Source of the DNA: an archaeon
GTDB lineage: Archaea; Iainarchaeota; Iainarchaeia; Iainarchaeales; 1-14-0-10-31-34
Reading direction: 5' to 3'
NCBI GenBank assembly: GCA_043819075.1
Contig: JBDRFE010000052.1
Coordinates: 1-16,336, forward strand
Length of the DNA: 16,336 nucleotides
A model generated the notes under the pieces. The model was not told where the DNA came from. It made no database searches and worked only from the letters and a program-made list of their open reading frames with translations. Shown piece by piece: positions 14,820 through 16,336 of this stretch; positions within the stretch are counted from its first letter, which is position 1; each line of letters starts with the position of its first letter. Both the position numbers and the translations under genes were made by a program.

Positions 14820-16334
14820 CTATTTTTTTCTGAAACTGAATTGCACGAAAAGCATAAAAGAAATTAAACCAAGAACAAACAAAGCCAATGCAATTGGATT
14901 TTCAGGAAGCGAAGGCAGATTATAAGGATTGTTTGCGGTTTTATCATTCAAATTAATGTTCATTACATTTTGGCCTGGAACTCCTTTAACAGTGTCATCC
15001 TCAACTATTGCTTTAAGTCCTTGTGTTCTGAACAAGTCAAGCAATGGAAGCAGTTGTGCGTTCTCTGCATACCATAATCCTTTGTCAGGATCATACCACA
15101 TGCTTCCGTTTAAGCCGCCGATTGTTCTCAGCAGTTCTTTTACTCCATTGTAATCAAGGAAAGGCCTTCCGTCTTCAGTGGAAAAACCAAAGTCATGTGT
15201 CTGGCCGTCAGCAGTTTTTACTTCAAACCCATCATTAGTTGAATTAATGGAATCAATCGGCGCATCATATTCTACTTCGCCTGTTTCATTGTTAATTATT
15301 TTTAAGTGAGCAACACAGTCTTCATCTTCATAAAAAACATAAGTTTTTTTGTCTGTCTTGAATGTATTAAACGGACCCATTTTCTGCAGTGACTGGTTAA
15401 ATAATTTTACTTTCTCCTGGTTTAAAGGAGAATCAAGGTCACCTAAAACACTTAAGTCAAAAACATATTCTTCACAGCCGGTAACAGCATTAGTCTGGGT
15501 TTTTGGGGTAACTTTTAAGCCAGAAACATCATTTTGCTCTAGTATTCCTTTTTCATGGTGCTTTAACCAAAAAATAAATTCATTTGTTTCAGGCTTATAC
15601 AAAATAAAGCCGTTATCAAAATAAACTGCTTCAAGCAAGCCAATATCCGGGTCAGAGTCCTTTGAATTAATTAATTTAACGCTTCTGTCGCCATAAACCT
15701 CTAATCCAGGATTCTGGAAAGCAATTTTTCTTGGAATTCCTTCAGCAATAATCTGACCATCAGAAACAAAAACACTTGCATGCGAGTTAGTCTTTAAGTC
15801 CTTGAATTTGCCGAAAGCCTCGCTTAAATTATCTGAATTCAATGGAAGGCCGGTTTGTTTCATTACACCCTGTTTAATGCAGTCAAGCAATTGTGCTTCT
15901 TTTACAATCAAGTCAGCTGTTTCTCCTCCAGAAGAAAGCTTTAATTCAAAAACTAATTCATCTGGATTACCTGAAAGCCTTGCAAGAGTCAGATCCTGAG
16001 GGTATTCAATTGCAGGAATAGCCAGATTAGTTGAAGCCAATCTTACATGGTCTTCTGATGTTAGGACTGGTTCGCCGTCAACAGTTAACTGGCCTGCTGC
16101 ATTATCTGATACAACTGTCTGGCCATTAGTTCCTTTTATCACAGTTTTGCCTGTTGTCTTGTATTCAGTTGGATCAATAATGCTTCCGCCTGCAACCCAA
16201 AAATAAAACAATCTAATGCCCTGCATCATTCCCCTTGAAAAACCAAAAGAATCAAATGTTGCCTGAACCAAATCAGAGCTTTTTGCCCCGCCTGAAAGAG
16301 AGTCAAGCTGTTCCTTCACATTGCTTACAGCATC
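14820..16334 (-). CDS. Large acidic extracellular protein with C-terminal membrane anchor (5'-truncated)
   Basis: The frame stays open to the window edge. At least 504 aa. Ends in LPSLPEN, a hydrophobic helix and RKK. Confidence 0.8.
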   Translation of the reverse strand, partial: DAVSNVKEQLDSLSGGAKSSDLVQATFDSFGFSRGMMQGIRLFYFWVAGGSIIDPTEYKTTGKTVIKGTNGQTVVSDNAAGQLTVDGEPVLTSEDHVRLASTNLAIPAIEYPQDLTLARLSGNPDELVFELKLSSGGETADLIVKEAQLLDCIKQGVMKQTGLPLNSDNLSEAFGKFKDLKTNSHASVFVSDGQIIAEGIPRKIAFQNPGLEVYGDRSVKLINSKDSDPDIGLLEAVYFDNGFILYKPETNEFIFWLKHHEKGILEQNDVSGLKVTPKTQTNAVTGCEEYVFDLSVLGDLDSPLNQEKVKLFNQSLQKMGPFNTFKTDKKTYVFYEDEDCVAHLKIINNETGEVEYDAPIDSINSTNDGFEVKTADGQTHDFGFSTEDGRPFLDYNGVKELLRTIGGLNGSMWYDPDKGLWYAENAQLLPLLDLFRTQGLKAIVEDDTVKGVPGQNVMNINLNDKTANNPYNLPSLPENPIALALFVLGLISFMLFVQFSFRKK

Positions 16335-16336
16335 CT

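Noticed and set aside
291..15999. Many antisense or alternate-frame ORFs in the track (e.g. 9624-10160, 4225-4761, 14161-14583)
   Set aside because: They are shadows of well-supported genes, with Phe/Ser/Leu-rich translations typical of the antisense of A-rich coding DNA.

Overview
AT-rich, tightly packed archaeal DNA. The A1-U72 tRNA-Gln without encoded CCA, the PAC2 chaperone, the geranylgeranyl reductase, the GTGA-type SD sites and the TATA boxes all point to Archaea. The gene set and style suggest a DPANN lineage such as Ca. Iainarchaeota/Diapherotrites (inference). Left to right: 5'-truncated Fn3/Ig-repeat surface protein, DUF1616-like membrane protein, geranylgeranyl reductase, GNAT acetyltransferase, tRNA-Gln(CUG), cis-prenyltransferase (uppS), small hypothetical, DUF192, a compositionally distinct islet (SPASM radical SAM enzyme plus a wHTH/RelE-like pair with a perfect 20-bp palindromic operator), a type IV pilus/Tad-like operon (ATPase plus two T2SSF proteins) bracketed by two paralogous membrane-protein genes, PAC2, a protein with an H1-like basic N-terminus, and a 5'-truncated surface protein. 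The most unusual DNA is non-coding and surrounds the tRNA. A GC-rich multibranch fold with three GCAC...GTGC hairpins abuts its 3' end. Two tandem ~65-nt units with covarying stems lie on its 5' side, and a degenerate third copy of that motif lies beyond the trailer. All family calls come from motif recognition by eye; no database searches or folding programs were run.
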